Below are positions 21,279-32,084 of a stretch of 64,000 nucleotides of DNA, piece by piece. Both the position numbers and the translations under genes were made by a program. The notes beneath the pieces were generated by a model. It was not told the DNA's origin and searched no databases. It saw only the letters and a list, made by a program, of their open reading frames with translations. Source of the stretch: Candidatus Bathyarchaeota archaeon (GTDB lineage Archaea > Thermoproteota > Bathyarchaeia > Bathyarchaeales > Bathycorpusculaceae); contig OY970340.1 in the NCBI GenBank assembly GCA_963717465.1, forward strand, positions 2,336,001 to 2,400,000. Direction: 5' to 3'. The first letter of the stretch is position 1, and each line of letters starts with the position of its first letter.

Positions 21279-22295
21279 ATGGATAATGAATCGATAATTG
21301 AAGTTAATAATCTTACGAAAAAGTTCAGCGATTTCGTAGCGGTTGACAACATCTCGTTCAAAGTCAAAAAGGGCGAGATCTTCGGCCTACTCGGCCCCAA
21401 CGGGGCTGGCAAGAGCACCACCCTGCGAGTGCTATCCACGTTGGCCAAACCGACAAAGGGAACTGCGACGATTGGCGGCTACGACATAGTGAAAAACGAT
21501 ACCGAAGTTAGAAAACTGATAGGCATAGTTTCCGAAAAAATGATTATGTACAACCGTTTGACGGCTAGGGAAAACCTTGTATTTTTCGGAAGTCTCTTCA
21601 ACCTTCCCAAAGACGTCTTAAACAAAAGAATAGACGAGTTGTTTGAGCTGGTTCAACTTACACAGTGGAAGAACAATCAAGTAGGCACATTTTCTACAGG
21701 AATGAGGCAGAGAATGAACGTTATAAGAGCGCTTTTGAACATGCCCAAAGTGCTCTTTCTCGATGAGCCGACTCTTGGTTTGGATCCTCAATCTTCCGTT
21801 GAGATTCGCGAATTCGTCAAAAAGCTCAACAGGGAAAACGGCACCACCATAATCGTAACGACCCATATGATGGTGGATGCAGATCTGCTATGCGATCGAA
21901 TCGGCATAATGGATCATGCCAAGATAGTAGCGCTAGACACTTCGGCGAACTTGAAAAAAATGATTTCAGGAGCGGATTCAACAATATTGAAACTAGAGAT
22001 TGGAAATCTAACACCCAAAATTATTGAGTCAATCCACGCTTGCAACTGCGTGGACTCGGTTACTCAAGAAGACTCGATACACTTAAGAATTATTAGTCAC
22101 GGCAAAGAAGCGTTCGACTCTGTAATCGACTCAGTGAGAGCTGAGGGGGGAAACATAAATTCAATGGAAAACCTGCAGCCCACACTTGAGGATGTATTCT
22201 TGCACATAACTGGTCACCAAGTAAGAGACAGCGCAGACAAGAAAATACCGATGGGGCGTAGACGCTTTGGGGCGCCTCAGCAAAGAGTAAGGTGA
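21279..22295 (+). CDS. DrrA-like ABC exporter ATPase
   Basis: [30 protein letters not shown]. Confidence 0.95.
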   Translation: MDNESIIEVNNLTKKFSDFVAVDNISFKVKKGEIFGLLGPNGAGKSTTLRVLSTLAKPTKGTATIGGYDIVKNDTEVRKLIGIVSEKMIMYNRLTARENLVFFGSLFNLPKDVLNKRIDELFELVQLTQWKNNQVGTFSTGMRQRMNVIRALLNMPKVLFLDEPTLGLDPQSSVEIREFVKKLNRENGTTIIVTTHMMVDADLLCDRIGIMDHAKIVALDTSANLKKMISGADSTILKLEIGNLTPKIIESIHACNCVDSVTQEDSIHLRIISHGKEAFDSVIDSVRAEGGNINSMENLQPTLEDVFLHITGHQVRDSADKKIPMGRRRFGAPQQRVR

Positions 22296-23500
22296 GAAAA
22301 ATGGGCACAAAGACTCTACTTTCGCATTCTGTGCGTATTGCTTGGAAAGATCTAACAGAGTTGTTCAGAAACCGTTTGGGTCTAGTCCTGCTTGTCCTTA
22401 TGCCGTTGTTCATGATGGTCATGGTTGGCTATATTTATCCATCCGGCAACACAACGATAAGCAACATGCCAGTCGCCTTGATAAATCAAGATTCAGGCTT
22501 TTACAATACGACAATTCCAAGCCAAGCCTTCATCACAGAATTAAAGGAGATCAACGCTCAAACAAAAATGCTGACGCTTTCCAACGTTTCAAGTGTGGCG
22601 GATATCAAAAGTGAGATTCAAAGCGGTGAGATAGACGGCGGCATAGTTATACCTAGCAATTTCTCTGCCTGCATCTTGAGTGGGCAACAGGGAACTCTGA
22701 TTATCATAACTGACCAGTCTAACCCAACAATAGCCGAAGAATTGCAAGCAGCTTTATCCGCGACATTTAGCCAGATGGGCACATTGCTTGCACAGGAGAA
22801 AGTTCTAAGTCTCAATTCATCAGTAACTGTGAATGATTCTCTCGCCATTGTTCAACCTTACGTTGTTCAGACGGAAGGCGTTGTCCCTGGAAACCCGAGT
22901 TACTTTAACTTCATTGCCCCTGGAATAATGATGATGACAGTTATGATGAGTGTTATGACTGGGCTTCCTGTAGCGATATCTCAGGAGAAGGAGGTCGGCA
23001 CTATGGACGGCATGATGGTCGCGCCAATCAACAGGTTATCCATCATCCTGGGAAAATCTTTAGGTCAGACCGCTCGTGGCTTACTTCAAGGCTTCATAAT
23101 AATGGCGTTAGCTATAGTGCTATTCGGCGTCTCAATCCAAGGAAACATTCTGCTCGTGGTCGGTTTGCTCCTGCTGGGCGTATTCTCATTCGTCGGTTTA
23201 GGCATAGTTTTGACGTCTTTAGCTAAGGATCAGGAGACGGCGCAGATGATGATGATGACGTTGATGTTTCCAATGATGTTCCTCAGCGGTGTGATGTTTC
23301 CGATACAGCAGATGCCCTGGTACATGCAAGATATAAGCAAATTCCTTCCGTTAACGTATGCTACTGATGCTATGCGAAAAGTCGTGGTGCTAGGTGCGGG
23401 AGCAGGCGACATTTCTAATGACCTGATAATCCTCATAGCCTTCGGTGTAATCATGATTGCAATTGCAGTACCATTGTTCAGAAGAATGATGACAAGGTAG
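22292..23500 (+). CDS. ABC-2 type permease
   Basis: EKEVGT, FLSGVMFP and LPLTYA motifs; GTGA overlap with the ATPase. Confidence 0.93.
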   Translation: MRKMGTKTLLSHSVRIAWKDLTELFRNRLGLVLLVLMPLFMMVMVGYIYPSGNTTISNMPVALINQDSGFYNTTIPSQAFITELKEINAQTKMLTLSNVSSVADIKSEIQSGEIDGGIVIPSNFSACILSGQQGTLIIITDQSNPTIAEELQAALSATFSQMGTLLAQEKVLSLNSSVTVNDSLAIVQPYVVQTEGVVPGNPSYFNFIAPGIMMMTVMMSVMTGLPVAISQEKEVGTMDGMMVAPINRLSIILGKSLGQTARGLLQGFIIMALAIVLFGVSIQGNILLVVGLLLLGVFSFVGLGIVLTSLAKDQETAQMMMMTLMFPMMFLSGVMFPIQQMPWYMQDISKFLPLTYATDAMRKVVVLGAGAGDISNDLIILIAFGVIMIAIAVPLFRRMMTR

Positions 23501-23744
23501 GCGAAGAAAAACGAGCACCCTCTGTTCCAAATGTCCTTTCTTTCAACTTGCCCCCCTAATAAAGCGTAAGAATGCACGCAAAAGATGCCGCATAGAACCT
23601 CAAAGGCAACTACGAATCTACAAATGCCACGACTTTCCAGAGAAACACGCATTCAACCTCCCAATGAATCAACAGAAAAAACAAACGTCTGCATAAAAAA
23701 ATTGGGCGTTGGCATCAACCCGTTGAGGGCTAGCACTTGCAAAC

Positions 23745-24143
23745 CTACTTTTTATTGTTAGATTTATCGTTACCTAATTTCTTTCTCAATATAACATAAA
23801 TTATTAAAATAATCACTACCCCAGCTACGATTGCCTCAATACCCATAATTGTTAAAGCAAGCCACATTGGCACAAACATGCTGTAGTAAAAGAAACCTCC
23901 AACCAGGAAAAAAAGGCTTGCAGAACCGAATAGCGAGGTCAAGATAGCTGCTAAGATACCAATCAGTATACCAAACGAGATACTGCGCTTTAGCTTCGTC
24001 TTGATTTTAGTTTCAGTCTCATCAAAATACTTTTCAATAAGACGTTTTATTTCTTCAAAAATTTCTTCCAAAGTAACCAATAAAATTACCTTTATTCGCC
24101 AAAAACTATTTAGAAAATTTACAAATTGAAAAACTAAAATCAA
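23745..24143 (-). CDS. Small 2-TM membrane protein (holin-X/DUF1469-like topology)
   Basis: Charged helix, then two TM segments and a basic tail; start probably near 24081. Confidence 0.6.
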   Translation of the reverse strand: MILVFQFVNFLNSFWRIKVILLVTLEEIFEEIKRLIEKYFDETETKIKTKLKRSISFGILIGILAAILTSLFGSASLFFLVGGFFYYSMFVPMWLALTIMGIEAIVAGVVIILIIYVILRKKLGNDKSNNKK

Positions 24144-24477
24144 TCTTGCTAAGTAAGTGCTTGTCTAAGATTATAATTAACAGTTTATTTATGGCTATGT
24201 GATTGAGCCTTGCCATCTACATTTTTGCTCAATTATTCTTTTCATCCATTATTCTTGTATCTTTAACAATAGTTTGTTTCATTTGCTCCTTGCAAAGTCT
24301 GGGTGTTCGACAACCATAGCACACTACATTTTAGGGAAAAAGCCTTGTTTAATTCACTTTTTGGATTTAAGGCTGCTAATTAAGGTAAGTTGCTGGACAC
24401 CACCAGTCACAGACGTTTATGAATTTGCATGTTGTTCTAAAAACTAATTGTTTATAATTGTTTATGGAGGTGAATGT

Positions 24478-24717
24478 TTGTCTAAAGAATCAACTCGCGG
24501 AGGAACAGACGAGGAACGCCGAGAACATGGAAAAATGAGTAGGGAAGAAGCAGGAAGAATGGGCGGTGAGAAAGTTGCTGAAGAAAGAGGCCCAGAATTT
24601 TACAGTCAAATTGGCAAAAAAGGCGGAGAGAAGGTATCCGAGGAAAGAGGGCCTGAATTTTATCGTGAAATTGGACGTAAAGGCGGAAGAGGTCGAAAAA
24701 GTAAATCTCAAGGTTAG
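24478..24717 (+). CDS. GsiB/Em-like KGG-repeat general stress protein
   Basis: MSREEAGRMGGE, GPEFYSQIGKKGG, GPEFYREIGRKGG; TTG start after GGAGGTGA. Confidence 0.92.
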   Translation: MSKESTRGGTDEERREHGKMSREEAGRMGGEKVAEERGPEFYSQIGKKGGEKVSEERGPEFYREIGRKGGRGRKSKSQG

Positions 24718-24791
24718 AAGTAGAGTTCGAAGTTAAGGAAGCTCCGGGGTGTCCTCCTCTTTTATTAAGTTAGTTAAATTAGAAGAAAGGT

Positions 24792-25232
24792 GTGATTCCT
24801 TCGTCTAAGAATATTTTTGAGAGAATTAAGGAAGAACATGAAGAATTCATTGATATGTTAGAAGAACTTACAACTGAAAAGCCCAACATAGACACTTTTG
24901 AGATATTTCAAGTGGAGTTAAAGGCTCACAACCAAGCAGAGGAGCAAACACTCTATGAGTCCTTAAAGCAGGATAAAACGAGTCGAGAAATGGCGCTTGT
25001 TGGAATCGAGGAGCACCAAATGGGAACAAGGATGCTAAATAAATTGGATAAATCAGAAAAACATGGAGAAAACTGGATAGTACAAGTAAGCTTACTAAGA
25101 CATCTATTAGAGAAACACATAGAAGTCGAAGAAGCCGAAGTTATACCGATGGCGGAAGGGATGTTAAGAAAAACTAAAGTTAACGATTTAAGCGATGAAT
25201 TCCTATCAATCGAAGAAAAACTAGAAGAATAA
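24792..25232 (+). CDS. Hemerythrin/HHE-domain protein
   Basis: EH...HNQAEE...EEH...HIEVEE pattern. Confidence 0.88.
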   Translation: MIPSSKNIFERIKEEHEEFIDMLEELTTEKPNIDTFEIFQVELKAHNQAEEQTLYESLKQDKTSREMALVGIEEHQMGTRMLNKLDKSEKHGENWIVQVSLLRHLLEKHIEVEEAEVIPMAEGMLRKTKVNDLSDEFLSIEEKLEE

Positions 25233-25272
25233 TTTTTTTTAATTACTTTTTTAGGCTTTTAAAGAATTTATG

Positions 25273-26817
25273 TTATAGAACAGATTTGATTATTTTTGGT
25301 TTTGCTGTGTAGTTTATTGTCAGCGTTTGGTTTGGTTCAAGATGTAAGGTACACGGTGAAGCGGTGAAAAGTTCTGTTGAGTCAATTGATACTCCTGAAA
25401 CAACTCCACCGTTTATGTAGATGTCTTCGGGCGAATTGCCCGCCGTGTATGTGAATGGAGATTTGTTGGGAATAATGCTTGATTGCCCGAGTGGATTGTG
25501 ACCTGTGTTACTTCTGATTATGACATTTTTTGATGACCCCTCAACTTGTATCTGTGGCTTAAGGTTGTTATCGCATAAGTTGCCATCTATGACGGCTACG
25601 CAGATGTTTCCTGAGTCAATTTGAGGTTTGCAGATGATTTTGATTGCTGCACCTTTGCAATCCTGTATCATGTTCGCTTTTACAAGTAAGCCTACAATAG
25701 CCTGATTTGTCGAGTCCACTTGAATACCTGTAGAGCCGCCGTTAATGATAACGTTGTTTGTAATCAAATACCCTTTTCCAATTGCTCCCACATCTGGCAC
25801 GCATAAGATCGTTGTTTCTTTACAGCCCTTGAAAGTATTATCGGAAAAGCTGCAGTAGCTGCCAACGTTTTTTATTCCTGATCCTTGGCAAGCATTGAAT
25901 AAGCAGTCTTTTACCTCCAAATGATTGTTAGCTGCTTGATCCGAGTAAACTCCATGACTAATTTGACCTACGAATTCACAACCAGAAACTATTGTTTGAT
26001 CCGAAGGTTGATTTGCGTTGGCGCTTACGTATACTCCATACACACTGCCATTGTCTGCACAACCGATTACGTCTACTCTTTGCGAACCTGAATTTGAATA
26101 GCCAGCATTCCCGCATTTCTCAGCGTAACAGTTGGTGACAGTTGCATAACCTACGCCCTGCGTTATTTGTGCTTCCAGTGTGAAACCATTATTAGCTACC
26201 TCGAGTGCCTGGCAATTATCAAACACAACTACTTCTGTTACATCGCTCACACCGATTCCAAATCCATTGCTTCCTATGCCATTGCCAACCTTTCCTTTTG
26301 TTCCGCAATTTTTCGCCAAACAATTTAGGAATGCCACATTTATCGTGAAATCAGTACCAAAGCCCGTCGCAGGAGTATCATGCACGTAGACGCCTTCAAA
26401 TCGGCAATTTCTCAGCCACTGATGACCTATCCCTTTTCGGTTGTAATGATATCCAGAACGGTTCATGTCCGAGCCGTCTAATTCTAAATCTTGCACGTTA
26501 AATTCTGATAGCGGTGATTTTTGGGTAAAATATCCCATACCGTCAATTATTGCATTGTTGCTTTTGTCATCGAATCCTTTTAGCACCGATGCTCCCCAGC
26601 CTAGCCCCTTTAATGTTACACCGCTTTTGGGGCGAATTGCCATGCACTTAAATTTGCCTTTTGGAAAATAAATTGTGCCGCCGCCAGCAGCCTGAGCAGT
26701 TGAGATTGCTTCAGTAATGGCTTTACTATCATCTTTTATGCCGTCGCCGACTGCACCAAAATCCGTTACATCAAGCCAAGATGAGAAAAAAGGCTCATGC
26801 TTCATACTACGGTTCAT
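25273..26817 (-). CDS. Right-handed parallel beta-helix protein (pectate lyase 3/tailspike-like)
   Basis: VTDFGAVGDGIKDDSKAI...GGGTIYFPKG, then Asn/Cys/Gly-rich beta-helix repeats. Confidence 0.85.
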   Translation of the reverse strand: MNRSMKHEPFFSSWLDVTDFGAVGDGIKDDSKAITEAISTAQAAGGGTIYFPKGKFKCMAIRPKSGVTLKGLGWGASVLKGFDDKSNNAIIDGMGYFTQKSPLSEFNVQDLELDGSDMNRSGYHYNRKGIGHQWLRNCRFEGVYVHDTPATGFGTDFTINVAFLNCLAKNCGTKGKVGNGIGSNGFGIGVSDVTEVVVFDNCQALEVANNGFTLEAQITQGVGYATVTNCYAEKCGNAGYSNSGSQRVDVIGCADNGSVYGVYVSANANQPSDQTIVSGCEFVGQISHGVYSDQAANNHLEVKDCLFNACQGSGIKNVGSYCSFSDNTFKGCKETTILCVPDVGAIGKGYLITNNVIINGGSTGIQVDSTNQAIVGLLVKANMIQDCKGAAIKIICKPQIDSGNICVAVIDGNLCDNNLKPQIQVEGSSKNVIIRSNTGHNPLGQSSIIPNKSPFTYTAGNSPEDIYINGGVVSGVSIDSTELFTASPCTLHLEPNQTLTINYTAKPKIIKSVL

Positions 26818-26901
26818 AATCTCTAATAGAATAATCTTGACTTGACTTAAATATCACAGCCTGCTAGCCTAACTAACGCTGAGCAATAAAAACAAGAAGG
26901 A

Positions 26902-27210
26902 TTATTGCTTGTTTTTCATGTTACTTTTGCCCAATAACGAGCTATTCTTATCGTTGCCAAGGGATGGTTTGTAGATAATTGCCGTATCACCTGTTGTATT
27001 CAGGGCTAAATTATGTTTATCCACCATTTCTTGAAGGCATACTTTATTTGAGCTATCCATGTTTGTTTTTATATGTACTTGGTAACCGTGAGATAATAAA
27101 TCAGCGGCGTTAGGCTTTATTAATGCAATGAATTGCCCATCTATTCCAGAACATTTATCAAAAATTTCCTTTAACAATTTGACTGCTTCTTGTCTCTTCA
27201 AAAAGCACAC
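26902..27210 (-). CDS. Small protein, member 2 of the paralog family
   Basis: LKRQEAVKLLKEIF...GYQVHIK...KHNLAL...IIYKP. Confidence 0.75.
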   Translation of the reverse strand: MCFLKRQEAVKLLKEIFDKCSGIDGQFIALIKPNAADLLSHGYQVHIKTNMDSSNKVCLQEMVDKHNLALNTTGDTAIIYKPSLGNDKNSSLLGKSNMKNKQ

Positions 27211-27290
27211 TTTCTTACAATAAAAGAATTAATAGAAAAGTAAAAAAGCATTACGATTAGCTTCAGCAGATAGTGTTTTCCGCAAGCTGT

Positions 27291-28820
27291 TTAGTTTTGG
27301 TTTAGAATTTCACGCGTGTCCTTGTTTATCGTTCTGTCTTTTTTGAGCATCGACCATACTTTCAAAGCGTTCCATGGAACTAGGAACGTTGCTTTTGTAT
27401 ATTTTGTGAGATTGGCAGAAACAAACTGCGTTATGGTTTTTACAAGGTTTGAGTAGTCATCGTAGCGAGGTCCTGTTTTTACAAAGAGGTCTGAGATCCA
27501 TTTCTTGATGTAGAATGCTGCTTCGCCCATGCCTGATTGAAAAATTAACCAAAATGGTCCAGTCTGCGTTTTTATAACAGGATGTAAACAGTCGTATAAT
27601 TCCCAATCAAGAGTTAGCAACTTGTTACTCTTCAGCGCCTTGTAAAAAGCGTTAGTTCCAGGAAGAGGCGTGTAAATAGAAAACTGGGCAGAATCAAGCC
27701 CTGCCATTCGAAGCTGATCAGCGTATACAAAAGTCTTGCCAAAGTCTTTTTTAGTTTCATAAGGCGCACCAACAACAAATCCTCCATGAGTGATTACGCC
27801 ATTTTTGTGAAGAACGTTTATGCCCTTCATTGCTGTTGTAGTAGTGCTTCCTTTACTCATTTTCTTCAGGACTTGGTCGCTTCCAGATTCCAAGCCTAAA
27901 AAAGCTATTCGCAAACCTGCATTTGCTGCAAGTTCAATTATTCCAGGGTTTCTTGCTGCTAAATCAGCTCTCATTTGCACGATGAAATTTAGAGAATTTA
28001 AGCCCTGATTTGCCATTTCATTAAATAGCCTTACTCTTTCTTTAGCTATAACGTCAACGATAAAGTTGTCATCGACGATGAACACCCAATTGTAACCAAG
28101 CGATTTGATTAAGTTTAGCTCTTTGAGCACCCTTTCGTTGCTTTTGAATCTCCAGCGATGTCCCCACATTGGAGAAACAGAACAGAATTCACATTTGTAA
28201 GGACAACCTCGACTAGTCTCCATAGTGATGAAATGGGAATTAGCGCCAAAAATATCCGCTTGACTAAGTTTTTTATCAAAAAGTTCGAAGGCTGGCATGG
28301 GCAGAGAATCCATAGATTGGATAAAAGGTCTGGGCGTAGTATTCACCGCTTTGCCGTTTACTTTAAAAGCTAAGCCTTTAACAGATGAAATGTCGCCTTC
28401 TTGTTCCAATGTGTTGACGAGTTCTGAAAATGTTTCTTCACCTTCACCCAAGACAACGTAGTCAAAACCGTTCTTTAAAACTTGAGAGAAAACAAAGGTT
28501 GCATGATGCCCTCCAGCTACAAGAGAGACAGCGTTGTCTTTGGTCTTAACCCTCATTGCGAGATTAGTGGCAAACCCGTAGTATGGCGAAGCACCGACTG
28601 TTACGGCAACTACTTGAGCATTCCAAGAACAGACCCTCTCAGCAATTTCCTCAATGCTTAAACCTTGAGCAAGTGAATCCACCAAGAGAACCTCATGACG
28701 ATCTCGCATTACAGCTCCAGCTAGACAAGCTAACCCTAGCGGCGGCATTGACACTCCGAATAAATCTTTGTAAGCACCCTTCCCACACGAAGAACCTCTA
28801 ACTAAAGCAACTCTCAACAA
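27291..28820 (-). CDS. B12-binding radical SAM protein
   Basis: PPLGLACLA, VAGGHHAT, GEGEET, SRGCPYKCEFC. Confidence 0.93.
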   Translation of the reverse strand: MLRVALVRGSSCGKGAYKDLFGVSMPPLGLACLAGAVMRDRHEVLLVDSLAQGLSIEEIAERVCSWNAQVVAVTVGASPYYGFATNLAMRVKTKDNAVSLVAGGHHATFVFSQVLKNGFDYVVLGEGEETFSELVNTLEQEGDISSVKGLAFKVNGKAVNTTPRPFIQSMDSLPMPAFELFDKKLSQADIFGANSHFITMETSRGCPYKCEFCSVSPMWGHRWRFKSNERVLKELNLIKSLGYNWVFIVDDNFIVDVIAKERVRLFNEMANQGLNSLNFIVQMRADLAARNPGIIELAANAGLRIAFLGLESGSDQVLKKMSKGSTTTTAMKGINVLHKNGVITHGGFVVGAPYETKKDFGKTFVYADQLRMAGLDSAQFSIYTPLPGTNAFYKALKSNKLLTLDWELYDCLHPVIKTQTGPFWLIFQSGMGEAAFYIKKWISDLFVKTGPRYDDYSNLVKTITQFVSANLTKYTKATFLVPWNALKVWSMLKKDRTINKDTREILNQN

Positions 28821-29207
28821 TCATTTCTCCATTCAACCAATTCAACCAATCTTTTGAAAACTTGGTTCAGAACCTTTCATTTTGAACCTTTCAACTTAGA
28901 TTTCTTAATAATTTCGGTCCAGATCGCTTTGTTATTTATGCAGCCCATGTCTGGCATTATCAGTTTAAGCAGAGGATTTGAAGTAGCAGAAAGTCTAAGG
29001 CTGTTTTAATCGATTAACCTCAAAAAACCCGAGGCTTTACACAAGTTTTTAAATCAAAAAATTATATGTACATTTGTGGTTACAATAAAGATGTAACAAG
29101 TCAGCGTTAAATCAAGAAATTACACGTAATTCTGTGGCCATTAGCGAATATAGAATAATATGAAATAGTTCGTATTGTTTCAAAATTGATGAAAAGAGTT
29201 GGGCTGT

Positions 29208-30863
29208 TTATGTTTGTTCTGTTTGTTCTTTGCTTTTGCCTTTGCCCATGACGAGTTTAGATATTAAGCGTATTGGTAAAGCTACTTTGAACTTGCCTTG
29301 TTCTGCATCCTTTATCATAGCTGGCAGGTTATAATCGTATTCGTTTATGCATGTTTTCATTAGACTTCGAGTTTGCTTGATAGCGTAGGAAAAGACTAAT
29401 TTGATTCCTAAGCCTTTGCCAAAGTTAACCTGAGTCACAAAGTATTCTTTTAGGAATGTCTCAGCCCAATCAACATTATGCTGCCAACAAGTCAGAAAAA
29501 GCTCCGACTGTTTGTGTGTAATGTTTTCAATTTTGAAGGATTGCGATTTGTCTTTTAATCCTCCTTCGCTAACCATGAAAAGCGGTACAATCAAACTTTT
29601 ATAATCATGCAGTTTCTCCACTAAATTGATCGTTAGCTGGGTATCTTCGTCTTTTTCTCCTGGAAGCCCAATAATCAGAGTGGCACAGGGAACCCAATAG
29701 TTATCGCTTAGAATTTGAAAAGCGTTTACTACCACGTCTGGCCATTGTTCAGGAGTGAACGGTTTAGCTTTACCAACCATCAGCTCTCTAATCAGGCGAG
29801 GGCTGCCTGTTTCAATGCCGCATTGCCCGCTTATCCACTCATCTGCCTTTTTCACTTCGAGTATGCTTGATAAGTCTTTTAGCAAGTCAGGTGCGCTTGC
29901 TACCGATGAAAGTGCAAAATGGCTTATGCCTACCGATTTGACACCGGGATAATGATAAACAGTGTCAAATAATTCTTTCACTGCAGGTTTGTTGATTTCG
30001 AATCCTTTAGCTTTATAACGCAAGACATCTTCAGCGTGCAGAAGCGGTCTTCTTCCAGCTTCTAAGTTTACTTTAACTTCTTTTAGTATGTGGTCAAGAG
30101 AAAGGCAGCGGTAACGTTGAAGTGTGGGCACGCAAAAAGCGCAGCCTCTTCCACAGCCGCGTGCAATTTCAATTATTCCATCGATAGTGGGTCCTTGAAT
30201 GATTGGGATTTCCTCTTCTTCAGCAACTGGAGGATGCACGACTTCGGGCAATTCCTCGCCTTTCACAGCCGCATTGAAAAGGGAGTTAACCACTTTTTCT
30301 CCTTCTCCAACAACAACGCAGTTGACGCCTCGTTCTCTTCGAGCTTTGTCATCTTCAAGTTGCCAAGCACCAGGTCCTCCAACAATAATTTTCGGCTTAT
30401 ACTTTTGAACAACCGGATCGTTCAGGATTTCTTTAAACTTCATGCTCATGTAAGAATCGCGGAGACTGAATATTTGTGTAAACGTGCTGGTTGCAGGCCC
30501 AATGCCTAAAGGATCAGTTTCGTTTATGCCCAAGACTTTAGTATTCGGCCCAACAACTTGTTCCAAGAAATCAGGATGCGCAACGATAACTTCATCTCTG
30601 CTAAAGCCATTGTTTAACAATTGTGCCTCAATTTTTCTTATTCCGCACGGTGCAAACTTAGATGAACCATCAAAGTTGACGGGTACAGAAGGACAAAACA
30701 ACGAAAAATAGAACTTGTCAGGTATAAGACCACTCGGGACACAGGCACTAAACCCTAGAAATATGCCTCCAGCATATTCACTCATCAATGTTCTATCGGC
30801 AGTCAAAACTATCTTATATCCTCCAACATTTTCCTTCTTCACTCTAATTTTCCTCCCAAGCAA
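29208..30863 (-). CDS. Radical SAM protein (archaeal, B12-binding-like N-terminus)
   Basis: IIVGGPGAWQ, GEGE, RGCGRGCAFC, GIETGS. Confidence 0.9.
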   Translation of the reverse strand: MLGRKIRVKKENVGGYKIVLTADRTLMSEYAGGIFLGFSACVPSGLIPDKFYFSLFCPSVPVNFDGSSKFAPCGIRKIEAQLLNNGFSRDEVIVAHPDFLEQVVGPNTKVLGINETDPLGIGPATSTFTQIFSLRDSYMSMKFKEILNDPVVQKYKPKIIVGGPGAWQLEDDKARRERGVNCVVVGEGEKVVNSLFNAAVKGEELPEVVHPPVAEEEEIPIIQGPTIDGIIEIARGCGRGCAFCVPTLQRYRCLSLDHILKEVKVNLEAGRRPLLHAEDVLRYKAKGFEINKPAVKELFDTVYHYPGVKSVGISHFALSSVASAPDLLKDLSSILEVKKADEWISGQCGIETGSPRLIRELMVGKAKPFTPEQWPDVVVNAFQILSDNYWVPCATLIIGLPGEKDEDTQLTINLVEKLHDYKSLIVPLFMVSEGGLKDKSQSFKIENITHKQSELFLTCWQHNVDWAETFLKEYFVTQVNFGKGLGIKLVFSYAIKQTRSLMKTCINEYDYNLPAMIKDAEQGKFKVALPIRLISKLVMGKGKSKEQTEQT

Positions 30864-31034
30864 GCTTCCAAATTCAAAGTTAGAGCTTCATTTATAATTC
30901 CCTTTAAAATGTTGCTGCTTAAAATTGTAAAATTCTTAAGATCAGAATAAAATTTTACCAGATTTTCTTTGTGCACAAATATAGCGCCGCGATTCATTCA
31001 TTTCCCTCATTTACCGTAAGAAACGCACATGAAA

Positions 31035-31610
31035 CTATCCTTGAGCTTTTTGCAACTTATTCGATTCTTTAAGAGCCACTTTTCTCTTAATTGCTCGCCT
31101 CATTTTTTGAAGCGTTTTTATCATTTGATTGATTTCTAAGTCTTTTTCTTTAAGAACTTCTATTGAATCTTCGGGCTTGCCAATTCTCGACTCAAGCAAC
31201 ATTGCGAAAAGTTTTGGCGTTCTCAGCGTTTCATTTGGCTGTATGCTTACGTTTAAGACACCAGTGAGGTATTCCTTGAACAAGTTATGCATACTACTAG
31301 CCAACTGGCTCTCCTTAGTTAAAGCCTTATCAAGAATAATTATGCCTGAAGTGGTTATTCTGTATATCTTTCGCTTTCTTCGCTTTTGAGTTTCCCATTC
31401 ACCATGAACATATTTCAAGTCTTCCAAGTCTTGAAGTATTCGGTATACGCCGCCGCTTGTGAATCTAAGTAAGCCCTTAGTTTTCTCTTTGACTTCTTTC
31501 ATTATTTCGTAGCCGTGGTAAGGTTTCTTGCTTAGCAAAGTAAGCACTATTAATCGTATGTATCCTTTCCGCATCTCTTTTAACCAGTTGAGAGTGGCGT
31601 CTTTTTCCAT
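31035..31610 (-). CDS. PadR-family transcriptional regulator (paralog of 20583..21176)
   Basis: WLKEMRKG, HGYEIMKEV, GGVYRIL. Confidence 0.92.
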   Translation of the reverse strand: MEKDATLNWLKEMRKGYIRLIVLTLLSKKPYHGYEIMKEVKEKTKGLLRFTSGGVYRILQDLEDLKYVHGEWETQKRRKRKIYRITTSGIIILDKALTKESQLASSMHNLFKEYLTGVLNVSIQPNETLRTPKLFAMLLESRIGKPEDSIEVLKEKDLEINQMIKTLQKMRRAIKRKVALKESNKLQKAQG

Positions 31611-31844
31611 ATGCGCTTCCTCGATTGCTTATCTCATTGGTTACAAAGTAATATTTATATTCTATTGAAACATATGCCAGTGAAACATATACAAATGCAT
31701 ATACAAATGCATGATAAAGTAAGAAAACTAAAAACAGCATGCAAAATGTTAATGGCAGGTTTTAGTCATGGTTCAGTATAAGTGGGTCGCACTTTCTGAC
31801 ACAACTCTTGGAACACTCATGGCTTCTATAACCATGACCACCGT

Positions 31845-32051
31845 ATGATTGCTATGCCAGCAATATTTAATGGAGGCGCCGCATCTGAAATGAGGGCAAC
31901 AATACAGAACTGCGGTACCTTAATCAGTCAGGCAATGCTCTTTGCGATAATAATAATCTCTTTGAATGCAACTTTACCTACAAGCACTCGCATCAGCCAT
32001 TACAAAGCCGGAATGCCCTCAGCAGGAGCTAAACTTAAATGTCGAATTTAA
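31845..32051 (+). pseudogene. Internal fragment of a DHA2-type MFS transporter
   Basis: GAASEMRATIQNCGTLISQAMLFAIIIISL resembles the late G.ASG...T.QN.G segment of drug:H+ antiporters. Confidence 0.55.
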
Positions 32052-32084
32052 TGAATTGTCGTTTAATTAATTAAAGAAGAGAGA

